This document shows, in pieces, positions 40,281-52,862 of a stretch of DNA of 64,000 nt. This DNA comes from Epiperipatus broadwayi (taxonomy: Eukaryota > Animalia > Onychophora): contig JAQFVV010000008.1 of NCBI GenBank assembly GCA_028023455.1, positions 434,001 to 498,000 of the forward strand, written 5' to 3'. A program made the position numbers and the translations under genes. The notes below the pieces were generated by a model that did not search any database, was not told where the DNA came from, and saw only the letters and a program-made list of their open reading frames with translations. Every line of letters starts with the position of its first letter. The first letter of the stretch is position 1.

Positions 40281-42490
40281 ATTATTATGGGAGCTTTCTC
40301 CCTCGGTATTATAACGATCCGGAGAAAGAGAGCGTAACATGATCTGCACTACAGGGCGCCATCTAGGCATTTGAACCTAGAAAAATTTATAAAGTAGGCA
40401 GATACGTAAGTCAAAAAAAATTTTTTTTTTTTTTTAAATTTTGATTCCGGTCGTTAGCCCAAGTCACTAGCTCAGGGAGTAGCAGAGATTTAATAATATA
40501 ATATCTTATCTAATTATATTTTAATATTAAAAAATAAATAAAGTAAGCCACTGCCAGTAATTAATATACAAAAATTTAGTTACGCACATATATATATAAG
40601 ATTTAACATTATTATTTTAATATGTTTACTTTAACATTTAACATTATTTTTACTTTTATTTTAGATTTTTAATTTACATTTTAAATTTTATACTATTATT
40701 AGTTCGCACAGATTTGTTTAAAAATGTTGAGTATAGATCGGTTACATAGATTCCACGGTCAAAAACATTTCGAAATAAACATAAACGATCAAAATACAAA
40801 ATCATTGATACCGTCAATTGCAGAGGGAAATTTATAAATAACCCAATAGCATTCACCATAACATGCTTGCATTAACACCAATAACTTAAAAGACATCCGA
40901 ATAAATACATTTTAGATACTCACCGTAAGGTATCAGTATTTACCGAATGTCTATATATATTTTGATCGAGTATGAAAACCAAAAACATAATCAACCGGTA
41001 ACGAACCCATGCAAGCTTCTATACCCAACTTAAATTTAATGCATCTTTATTTAGAGTGTCGAGTATGAATAGACTACATAGATTTGCATTTGAAAAGAAA
41101 ATATTCAATCCTTGTTTAACCTTAGGCCAAAGGTTCGCAGTCAAACCAAACTTCAATCCATCTGATATATCGATGTGTTCAATGTAATACGAATACGGCA
41201 GCACAATTAGGTTAAGAGAAGAAACTGCTTCTCGTCAGATAGGAATATTACATCTATCTGACGATGAGAGCAATAAAAAAAAAAAACTCCATAGGAAGGA
41301 ACTGCAGTCTCCATCTTATAATTCCTCCCATAGGCAAGACAAGTGTGTGCGGCATATAATAGCGATTCTGCCCCTAGCGAATCTCGTACATCCACTAATT
41401 ACACCAATATATCCAATCCATTGACCTAATTCAACTACGAAACGAATAACCTAAGATTCCCCTCCCCTAATATAACTTAACAAATCTATATAGCCATTCA
41501 CGCCCGACTTAAGTTTAATATTTATATAACTAGTTTAATGAAAAACAGAAATCATAATAAAACTTAAAGAACAAATAAATAAATGGAAATGATTTTACAA
41601 AAGAAATACATTAAATAAAATTATAACTAATTAATAAATAACGTTGGTCAGATAGGATTCTATTTCTTAATTATTTTAAATATGGAAAGTTTTTAATTTA
41701 ATGTTCATTAATTATATAGTTCTTACGGTTTAAAACAGTTCATCTTTATCTGTTGCTTGCCATTTGAACATGAATTCCCATGCCGTCCTAAAAAGATTGG
41801 TTGAGTTAACCGTTGTTTTTTATTTATTTATCCAGAGGTCTTTTAGTTTAGTTGGTCCTTAATGTAGAAAAAAAAACGATGTCATTTCTCTTTTTTTTTT
41901 TTTAACAAAACTGAAGGGATTGAAGAGTGCGTCTTTTCAATCCCTTCTCCTTCAACTCCACACTAACACATATAGTCACATCGTAATAACTAATTAACTC
42001 TTTTATTTTCAAACCTTTCCTTTTATAATAATTTTGTGGCTTAACTCAACATTACGTCATGATGGTGAAAACCTTTTCATTGAGGTCCGATTTCCCGATG
42101 GATTTCTTTCATTTGCTAAAAGTTTCTATTGTTTTCCTATCTGACCGATGCTTATACATTTAAATGCCCAAAGGCTAGTTTACTAATTAAAATAATCATT
42201 TCCATTTTACAAAAGATTAATTAATTTGTTTTCAAACTTAAACATATATTTTTATCTCTAAATCTTTTCTGAAAATTTAGTTTTAAACTACTGTTTTTTT
42301 AATAAAGTTTTATTTTAATAATTTTTTATCTGTGCGATTTTATATATATGCGAGTTTAAGATGATTTTTTAATTTTCAGTTTTTAATTCTTAAAAAAGAA
42401 ATTTTTATTGGCGAACTTTTTTTTTTTTATGTTTACTAATAAAAAATAGTGTAACGTACGTATGTGCCCGTTACAGTATGGTTATTATTT
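40281..42490 (-). mobile_element. Helentron-associated non-autonomous element (HINE/DINE-1-like)
   Basis: On the minus strand: 5' subTIR CCATACTGTAACG (42469-42481) followed by a partial inverted copy CGTTACA (42450-42456); 3' subTIR CGTTATAATACCG (40304-40316, 9/13) followed by stem-loop GGGAG-AAAG-CTCCC (40289-40302). This is the DINE-1/HINE architecture. CpG-retaining interior. Confidence 0.65.
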
Positions 42491-44621
42491 CTTCTATATG
42501 AATACTTTATAAAAATAAAGATTGACTGTGGCTTAGTACTCATAAGGAATAACATCTTGACTATTTAATGAAAGCTATATTATGTATCAACATTCATCTG
42601 ACACAGCTGGATTATTTGTGAACATTTACTCTCCAGCTTAGAAACAATAGAAATTCAATAACTGATGAATATTAGATGGCCTTCTAAATTTTTTTAAAAA
42701 ATCCTGAATTTATTCAAAAAATTGTGTAATCTAAAAAAAATTTCTAAGCTCCACTTTAATTTGAACCTTCAATCATAATATGATTAACGCACCACCTACT
42801 ATTTGTCACAAATATATTTTAGTAAAAATGAAGTTAAGATGTAGTAGAAATGCCTCAACAAAAATTTAAAAATCAAGTAAAATTGATGCATTTTTTAATA
42901 TTTTCAAAGTATTACTCTTATGAATTTAACAAAAATTAATATCCTGTTAATTATTTTTGTGAGATGCAATTATTACTGGTTTAATTTCTAAGCTCAATGA
43001 ATGGTCAGGACTTTTCAGTGGTGAAAGATTTTTCTAGAACTGGTTCTAAACAGCATAGGTGCTATGATTATTTGAGGAAGTAGAAAGGATGTAGCTATTA
43101 CATTTAATGAAAAATAAAAATTTCTATAATAAAAATCATTGGAAAGTTACATGCATTGTCAAATAGAATATAAAATACTACAAAGCAATTATAAGATTCA
43201 AACATATGCATGACTTTACTACAGAGACATTAAATTTAATTTACTACTTATTAAGACGCAAGTATAAAAAATTAGTAGGATATATTTTAATATTATATCA
43301 TGTCTTTAAGAACTTTGGTTAAGCTCATCAAAATAATAATGCCATGTCTCTGGAACAAAGATCTAAATTACTTAATATCAATCTTTTACAAACCAAGAGT
43401 TTGGATTTGATTCTATGTACAAATGTTAGCTTCTTAATTATATTGCAGGTTTCTGGTGAATGCATCAGAAATACTTATAATAACTGATAAACATGTTAAA
43501 TGCTATTAATTATGCACTTTTTCCTTTTTAATGATCAAATCAGAGATATTATATACTTGCTAGTAGAGTAACTATTATAGTAGTGACTTGAATTTTTTTT
43601 TAAACTATATTCATTTTCTTTCTGGTCCATTTGAATTAAAGATTCTTTATAGTATTTAATAATAGTCTTTCCTATTTTTAAATCAGTCTTTGTATATGGA
43701 TATATGAAACCATCATATTTTTCTGGATAATTTTTTATTTCAGGTGAAGATGTTTAAATTAATAAGAAAGTTTTTGTAAGCCACTAAGATTGTCACAATA
43801 AGAGATCAAACTAATTTATTTCATTTCATCTTCAGTCTGTAGAAGAAATTTATTAATAAATATCATTGAACTATTATTTTTATGAAGAATTGAGATTTTT
43901 TTTGATTAAATATAAATTTAGCCTATTTTTACGGCATAACCTAACAATTTGCTTAATAACTAGATTTTTTTTTTCATTAACAATTTCATTTCATTCATAC
44001 AGAAAGAATTCCACAGTAATTGTGGATATACATATTTCTTTCTCTTTTTATTATTGAATTTTTGTTTGTTACAATTATTTATATTCATTGATTAAATTTT
44101 AACATTGATTTAATTTTCCTTTAGCTTATAATATTATTATTTTTTAAATAATAACAAATTCTTTCTCAGTTTTTATTGTTAACATTGTTATACATAAGTT
44201 TTACTTCATAATTATAAGATGAAATATAAAATCTATGATATTTTTTACATGAAAATATAACACATATTTCCATATATTAAAATATTTAAACAATTTCATC
44301 TGTTAAAAATTATTAATTTATAACATCTAACAGATCAGTGGAACAGTCTTATTTATAAGAAATTGCGAAAGATTATTAGCTTTCTTTCATTAATCCATGA
44401 ATAAATACTGTAGCACTTTGATTGCATTTAAAAGCATACACTTTTGAATGCAAAAAGCGTTTACAGTTTACCATTTTCATTAATTACTGTCTATTAATGC
44501 CTGACAGTGATATTTCTTACATGAAGATATTTCCACATATTAAAATATTCTAAATATATATTTAAATATATCTAAGGATGGATTGGCACTTGTAGCATTA
44601 GTTCTTTTTCAACTTTTATAG

Positions 44622-44840
44622 GACGATCATGGGCTGTTACATCTACAGAAGGGCTTCTGATTTATTCCTTAGATGATAGCTTCAATTTCAGCCCATTTGA
44701 ACTGGAAATGGATATAACAGTTCAGTCTGTACAGAAAATGCTTCATGAGAAAGAATTTATTACAGCTATTATTATGAGTCTTAAACTTAATGAAAAAAAG
44801 CTTATTCAAGAGATAATTGAAAGCATTCCATTGTCTGAAG
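44622..44840 (+). CDS. PWP2: PWP2 coding exon (start of C-terminal Utp12/Dip2-like region; not in ORF track)
   Basis: ttttatag|GA CGA TCA TGG GCT...TCT GAA G|gtaaga. Encodes RSWAVTSTEGLLIYSLDDSFNFSPFELEMDITVQSVQKMLHEKEFITAIIMSLKLNEKKLIQEIIESIPLSE. Confidence 0.95.
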
Positions 44841-47589
44841 GTAAGATATATATTTTTTAAATTATTTTTTACATACTTTTTTTCTTATGTATGTATAATC
44901 TATGTTAGTAAATAAGTTTATGAAGTCAGTTAACATTATTAATTAATTGCTTGATGGCATACTTAATAATCAGATTACTTATTTCAATTGAAGTTTTTTT
45001 CTCTGTTTCTACTCACTATATCTGTCCAAATTTCTCTTTAGCCATTTAATATATCTTTTATTTTTTCCTGAATTTATATCTCAAAATTTTGTCTTCCGTT
45101 TTTTTTAATTTAGTTTTTAATCTCTTTCTTAAATAATACTTCACTGAACCCTAAAACAATCTATCTTGATTTAACTACTACCATTCTTACTCCAATATCT
45201 TCATTATTATTTTATTATTAGTTATTTAACATTCTAAATATTTAAAAAGTTTAACTTACACTTTTACTCCTAATCATCTGTCTTTTTTAATTTTTTTTTG
45301 TTATCTACAAATTAGTTTGGTTTTTACTTAATAAAATCTATGAATTACTGTAATATTAGCAAACCATTTTTAATGAATTTTTCTATTCTTCATATTACTT
45401 CTATTTTTTTTTAAATTTATTTGTCCATAGATAAATGTCTGTTTTTTCTTTCCCTTCAAAATTTGAATTCTTAAACATGAATGCTCCATATCTCTTCAAT
45501 ATTCTTAACAACAATAACACCTTAATTGCATGCAAAAAATTTTTTGCTTTAAAGGAATTATAAATGTTGAAAGAAAATCTACCGGATATTCATCTGGACA
45601 ATAAATCACATTATAAAAATAACGAATTTTTCACCTCCCAACCCTCCCCCCTCCCAGCCCAATATTTCAATCATGGCTGTGCATTTTACCTTAACATCCT
45701 CTATTGTATTACAGATTGTTTTTTCTATCTTTTTTTTTTAAATCAGTGAAGTCTTTTTTTTTTTTTTAGTAATATAGCTGAGTTTTTTTTTTTAAAGTAA
45801 TAACTTGCCATTTTTTTCTTCAATTATTTTATTTCATTTATGAGATCTGTCTCTCTTATACAAACTATTTTACTATATGTTAAATCAAATTTATCTTATT
45901 TACAATTTTTCTGTATCATTATATTCTTATTTTAATTGATTTTGCCTAGCTTTATCTTTTGCTCATCACAGTTCACTATTGAGTTTTATGAACATATTAC
46001 TATTAGTGGCACATATTTTTGATAAAATTGGTGTGTTCATTATTTTATCTAATCTCAGTATGGAAAATTAATAGTATTAATCATATTTCACTTGTTTGTT
46101 TTTGTTTTTTTTGCTAACTTTTGTAACAATGTTTATGTGTATTTAATTTTAAATTTTGTCTTATAAATGTGTAACTAGATGTTACTTTTATATTGAAAAA
46201 AAAAAGGGATTTGTTTTTATTATTATGAATTAAAAAATGCTAATTATATGGAAAACAATATTTTGAATAATATTTCTTCAGATGTTGATGACCAAAATAG
46301 TGATGTTCTGTTCAACTAGAATATAATATTTTTTATGGGTAGAACTAAAGGAGATGGTATGGAAAATTTGACAGAAATTGTTGTCAACTTAGTATATATC
46401 TGAGAAAAAATGTCATGTTTGTTTGATCTTAAAAGAAGTCACATTGGTTCCAATTTTTCTGGAGTATTATTTTATGTTATAAGATCTACAATTTCAATGC
46501 TATATCTGCATTTATTAAAGATGGAGGGCTGAGATCTTCTGGATCCAAACTAATCAGTAGTAGATGTTTATTGAGAAAAGCCAGCAGACATGATAAAAAA
46601 TTGCATCCAAATGAATACAAAATATAGCAACGGTCAACCACACATTATATTGTTTATTTAATAATTCATCATGATTTTTTACAAACTTAATATTTATGAT
46701 TAAACTCCTTTTCAAAGTCACTTTTTAGAAGTTAATAGTTTGACATGTGCATCATCATAATTGGCAATTAATATCAAAAAATTGCTAAGTCAGGCCTTTG
46801 ATGCAGAGCATCTTTATTAAAGCAAGACTACAAATATTTTTAGAAAACCTAAATATATATACTAATATAAATTGAAACATCACTTATTTTAAAAAAAAAA
46901 AAAGAATGTTATTGGCTTTTAATATTATTAGGATTTTTTTTAAAAAAAAATATATATCCACTATAAATTGTAACACCAGTCAGTGAAAAAAGGATAATGC
47001 TATTGGCTCTTATATTATTGGAATTTTTTTTTTAATTATTTATATGCCAAGCTTCTTTTATTGTATGTTTTTTATTATTTTTTCCCCAGGCAAATAATTT
47101 TGGTAGCTAAACAAATTTTCTTTCCATGTTCAAAAATACAGAATTTTTTGCTGTACGTTTTTAGCTTTCTTACATAGGTGGAAATGCTTAGCTATTCTAG
47201 ATTTTAAATTGTCTCATGTTTTTTTAGATCTAGTGTGAAAGTGCTTATATATACTATATCTAGTATTACAAATCTGTAATCAAGGGCATAAACTAACTAT
47301 ACTTTATCATCAATTTCAAGCTCATTCTTAAAATTATTAATTCATCTCTTTAAAGATAAAAGACATTGAAAAACAACATTCTTTATATTCATAATTGAAA
47401 TATATTTTTCTTTGCAAATTAGGAATATAAAGCATATCAATTCATAGTTTTGTAATAGAAATTCTTTTGTTTTACATTGACATAATAAACAAATATTTCT
47501 CTCTATACTTGAAATAATAAAGAACAACACTGCTGTTATTATTGACCGAGATACTAATATTTTATAATATTAAACAAATAAATAATACA

Positions 47590-48980
47590 TAAATGCCTAA
47601 TGCTTTTGACCTAAGTTCTTATCAAGGCAATAAACTGTATAGAAAATTTAATTGATAAACTTCAAAATGGCTTAGTAGACCAGAGTGAACTAATGGGAAA
47701 ACTAGTCAATTTAGAATTTACTGCATAATAAATATTTTTCATTACATAAGATTCTTTAATTTTACACTTTTTATCCTATATTTCATGCATCAATATCTCA
47801 AAAGACTATGGTCGAAAAATTTGCCTGGTGGAAGATTGATGAATTAATGCTTTATTGTAAATGTGATTATATTACTTAAGACAGTATTTCATATTAGTCT
47901 TTGTTTCACCGATATATTCTGCACGACAACAGAATGTTGACATAAAATAAAATACACCACATTACTCCTACTATCAATACTAGTACAAAATTTTGTATTA
48001 CTTAAATTTTTATTGAAATTAGATGGAGTTCTCCAAGCAATATGAAAGTCCTATATAAATACCTTAATAGCTGCATTGTCCAGATAGGATAAAAGCCAAA
48101 GATATCCATGGTTTATCAGATTTTATAATATTCCTATAATACCGTAATTTTTTACAATAATTATCAACTAATGATAATAATGTATGCTTACTATAATCTA
48201 TCTGTACCAAATCCCAAATATAAGAATATATTATATTATCTTTACGATACACTTCACATGAACACAAACATTGATTGCGGGATAAAAAAGATTTAAAACT
48301 AGCTACTTTATGACTAATAAGTACATTGGAATTTAGATGTATATAATCTCTTATAGAAATATGTTTGATTAACATCTTATACAAAAATATTCCATCTAAA
48401 TATGATATCTGCATATTATCAACAATAAACCCTGTCTATTCTGTAAATTATCAAAAACATTTTAGAGATTGCTCTGCATATATAAATACATCATCAACTT
48501 ATCTACAATAAGTGTATGGTCTGATCACCCATAAAAATATTATCCAAAAATAAACTACTTAAAATTTTATTGCCAAATCCATAGGCCAACCATTTTCCAT
48601 TGAATAAATTATATCATCATGAGCAGCAGTAATATCTTTACTAATCCAATGTAAAATGTCCATTATAAATTTCATCTTATCCAATGCCATATCACTAGCT
48701 CTTAATTTTTCCATCATAATTAAAGTAGATGCTGATCGATCCACAGACCATAAAGCTCAGCAACATACAATGTTGCCAATTTATATGCAGGCACCACGGT
48801 AGCTTTATCCAAAATTTTAACACATTCAAAATATCATGAAACAGTGTATGTACCAAAACCTATACTATTTGAACCCAATTTGCAATATTTATATCCAGGT
48901 ACCACAGTAACTTTTTCCAACATTTTAACACATTCAAAAGAAGATTAAACAGCATATGTACCAAAATCTATACTATTAGT
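47590..48980 (-). mobile_element. Decayed Penelope-like element (RT + GIY-YIG endonuclease + 3' hammerhead-bearing repeat)
   Basis: Minus-strand YKLATLYVAELY (about KLVSLDV.SLY), IYSMENGWPMD (about Y.Q.NG.PMG), YCR*VDDVFI (YVDD), YIHLNSNVLISHKVASFKSFLSR..CLCS (PLE thumb), NVVYFILCQH..CRAEYIGETKTNMKY (GIY-YIG, about 47890-47975) and LKIKESY. 108-bp tandem duplication at the 5' side (48781-48869, 48889-48977). Confidence 0.85.
47594..47629 (-). ncRNA. Degenerate minimal type I hammerhead ribozyme (PLE 3' repeat)
   Basis: TGCC-TTGATAA-GAAC-TTA-GGTC-AAAA-GCATTA-GGCA. Stem I TGCC/GGCA; core TTGATAA versus CTGATGA; AAAA versus GAAA. Lies directly 3' of the GIY-YIG remnant. Confidence 0.5.
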
Positions 48981-49149
48981 GACTGTCAGTAACAACAGCC
49001 ATGTTGTTTTTATATTGATATCTAAAAAATTTTACTTGTTTATCATGTATGATTTTAGAATATCCAATTTTAATCACATCATTTTTATAATTTTTATATT
49101 TTACTACAATTTAAGTGTTTAATTTATAAATTTTGAGTTTTATCAATGG

Positions 49150-50549
49150 TGAATTATAATATGTATGAAATTAAATTTATGAAGAAGGGAAAAACTCCAG
49201 GTGATGATGGAATTATAATTGTTATCTTAAAAGAAACAGGTGAAGAAATAGAAAAAAACTTGGCAAGGTTATATACCAAATGTCTAAATAATAAAGTTGT
49301 ACCAGATGATAGAAAGGATGCAGTACTATTGTTAATATTTAAAAAAGATGGTAAAAAATATATTAGAAATTACAGACCTATCAGTCTTTTATCAAATAAT
49401 TGCAACTCGTCTACAGCGAATTTTGTATTTTAATCAATCAAAAGAACAAGCGGGATTTAAAAGTGGTTTTAGTACAGTGGATCACATCCAAGTATTGAGA
49501 GAAATTATAGAAAGGACCAAAGAATATGAGTTGCCAATTATGCTTTGGATTTGTAAATTATGAAAAAGTATTAGATCATCAAGATATAGACCCAGGATAT
49601 TGTCATATTCTGAAGAATATTTATAAAAATGCAACAGCAACAATTAGATTACATAATGATATTAGGAAGATTATCACTGAGAAGAGTGTATGTCAGAGTG
49701 ATTCCATATCTCCAAAAATTTTTACAGCAGTTTTGCAAGAAGTATTTTATGAATTAAAATGACAGCTTAGGGAATAAAAGTAAATGGAGATTATTTAAGT
49801 CATAATAAATTTTGCAAATGATGTAGTTGTTTTTGCAAATAATGCTGTAGTGCTTCAAGAAATGTTGCAAGAGTTATCAGATAGAAGTAAGAAAGTAGGA
49901 TTAAAAGTAAATGTTATAAAGACTAAAGTAATGTTTAATGCATTTTCTCAAGAAGTAAAGATTGAGGATGATGAGTTAGAAGTTAACAACTACAAATACC
50001 CTGGTCAAATTATTACTACAGATGGAAACATAATGGATGAATAATAAAATTAAACTTGGTTGGAGTGCTTTTGGTAGAAATAACTTAATATTAAAAGAAA
50101 ATATACCTATATGTTTGAAAAAGAAAGTTTTTAATACATATGTTATACCAGTTATTACTTATGGATCTGAGACTTGGACACTTAATGGAAAAGCAATATA
50201 GAGACTTCAAACTATTCAACGAAATATGGAGAGATATATGTTAGGAATAACAAGAAGAGATCAAAAAGGAAATACATGAGTTATATCATTGAAAGAATTA
50301 AGAGATTGAAGTGGAGTTGGGCTGGATATATTGCTAGAAAAGATTATGAATATATGGACAGTCGAAATCTTAAACTGGATTCCAAGAGATTGTAAAAGAC
50401 CTAGAAAAAGCATATGTGAGATGGTTGGATGAAATAAGGAAGTGTGCCAGGGTGATGTGGAGAAGAGAGGCTAGAGATCAGAGAAGATGGATTGAACTTG
50501 GAGAGACCATCCTACTGTGGATCAATAATGGTTGAAAATTATGATGATG
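49150..50549 (+). mobile_element. 5'-truncated, degenerate RTE-clade LINE (sense orientation)
   Basis: MKKGKTPGDDG; NYRPISLLS; EQAGFKSGFSTVDHI; CQSDSISPKIF; FANDVVV; KVGLKVNVIKTKVM; YGSETWTL; WSWAGYIAR. Ends in GATGATG at about 50543-50549. Confidence 0.9.
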
Positions 50550-52295
50550 TTTCTTTATTAATGTTATACAAAGATTCAATAGAGTTTAAATCAACATTAA
50601 AAAAAATTTCTATCATGCATTAGTTATAAAATATTTTTAAGATGCTGTGGCAATAAGATTAACTATTTTTAGGAAAAATTTTGACATTGCAATGTATATC
50701 CTTAATCTTCAGCTTATAAGGTTTATTGTTGAAAATATTAATAAAGAATTTTCTACTCTTCTTGAGTTGTTTTATATTTTTTTAAAAATAAAGAAATATA
50801 AGAAAAGGCAGTCTTTCCTGGCACATAATACTACTTGATATGATGGATACTAATAATATTATTAGCAGGGGTGAATTTTACAAGTGCTCACATTTCATTA
50901 CTCCATTTAAGCCCACAATTTGTTATTGCCCATTGAGACAATTGCCAAATGGAATTAATTCCAGATCTAATAAAAACAATATTATAAAAGAGACATGCTT
51001 TAATTAATAATTGTCACAGCTGACTTGCTAAATTGATCATAGAGTAAAAATATATTATTTGTTTTTAAGAACATAAAAGAAATTATTTGTTTTCTTGGAT
51101 AAAATTATTAATATTTTTTAAAAAAATCATCAGATAAATTCTATTAAGTTTAAGAGATTTAATGACTAATAAAAAACAAAAGGACAAATGTATATCCAGT
51201 GTTCTTATAATATGATAATAAAGTATTTTCTCATAACTAGTACTTTAAAAATGTATCTTTCATTGGCTATCATCCGACAAGTATTTGATAATATAAATAG
51301 CTGCCTAAAAAAAAACATTAAGGCTTATGATTGATTTTGAAGTAGCCTATTATTATGGCATAGCAAAAATGGTTGCAAAATAGACTCATACTGAATTTGG
51401 GTTTGGAAACTTGACATTAATAAAATTAAAATTAGTGGAGAATTCAGAATGACTTATTTTGATATCACTGAATTTTGTGGATTGTAAAAGATTTCAATTT
51501 ATTATGGATGTTTTATATTGGATAAAAATAATTTATTTGCTACATTTGATAGGGTATTTTTGTAATGACTACAAGTTACATTGTGGATTTATTTATTAGT
51601 GATGTTATCTTTTGTTTAGCTCTTGCTCTAAGAACTTTATATACTAAATATGTTGATATTTTTATATGTGCTCCTCATAATCATTTTCAGGAAATAAAAT
51701 ACCCAAAATTAAATGGTTAAAGGAAGATGAAGATATTAATAAATCTATTAAATTTTCATTTAAAATTAGAAAGACAATACAAAATAATTGATATTGGTTG
51801 TGTGAAAAGCCAATTAATGTTGATATTATCTACATCATCTGTTATCAAAAAATCCATTTCATGATAAAATGGCAGGTTTGAACGCCTTTTTATTTAGAAA
51901 GTTAAACCTTTGCAAATTTGAATTTGATAGAAAAAATAATATAAAGAATTATAATAACGTGATTTGATTAGGGTTGGATAATCTAAAACATTCTTGATCA
52001 ACATATAAAAAAATGTACATATAAACATAAAAACAATAGAATATCTATTATGAAACCATGGATTGATATGATATATATTTCTAATTTGCGTAGAAAAATA
52101 ATTTTAGTTGTGAATCAATTTAATATTTGTTTTTGATGTCTTTTATCTTTACCTGGACTAATTAATAATTCCAAGGATAAGCTTGAAAATGATGATAATG
52201 CACAATTGGTTGCCAGATTTGTAATGCTAGATGTTTACTTAAATAATAAGTGTAATAATGGCTCATGGCTAAATAGGTTTATAAGTAATTGTTAA

Positions 52296-52743
52296 AAGCC
52301 AGTTAACGTTTAGACAATATCAATGACAATTTCAAACTGTTTTCAAGGCACCTTTATTAATACAAAGAGGTTTAAATCAATCTCTTTAAACAGATAAATG
52401 TAGACTAATAAATAGTCAATTACAAACCCATTTAGCCTTCAGCATAATACTTTGGGTGCAATTTGAAATTTATAATTGCAGTTTTTAATGTTATAATTGA
52501 CTATTTATTAGTCTGCATTCAGGATGGGTTATATTTACCTGTTTAAAGAGGTTTATTTAAACTTTTTTGTATCAATAATTTCAATCTCTGTGGTCAAGTT
52601 GCAATCTTTGGTGTCTATATAAGTATATTAGACCATTAATGAAGATGGGATTCCACTTTTATTGTTAAAAGGAGGTTGCCTTGACAACAGTTTGAAATTT
52701 TTGATTGTTATTGATATTGGGATTGTCTAAGTATTGACCGGTT
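52296..52743. mobile_element. TTAA-flanked foldback MITE (piggyBac/Kolobok-type target); isolated terminus copy at 9490-9546
   Basis: TTAA at 52292-52295 and 52744-52747. Outer arms (52296-52350 versus 52672-52743) and inner arms (52357-52423 versus 52494-52575) are inverted repeats with indels. The same terminal sequence follows TTAA at 9490. Confidence 0.65.
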
Positions 52744-52780
52744 TTAATGATTGCTAAATTTTTTTTTTAAAGTGTCATAG

Positions 52781-52862
52781 CATCGGCCGGGACGGGAACC
52801 CGCAACCCGGGCAACTGCCTGCAAATGCAAGGCAGTCGCGCTGACCTCTCGACCACCAATGA
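52781..52862 (-). mobile_element. tRNA-derived SINE head / tRNA-like pseudogene
   Basis: Minus strand: A-box-like TGGTCGAGAGG, B-box-like GGGTTCCCGTCCC, 6-bp acceptor-like pairing CATTGG/CCGATG and hairpin ACTGCC...GGCAGT. Strongly GC- and CpG-rich compared with the flanks. Confidence 0.65.

Noticed and set aside
40740-40860. Gustatory-receptor-like spacing LT-x7-DR in the HINE interior peptide
   Set aside because: The TM7 TY....QF motif is absent, and a single short spacing match is not evidence.
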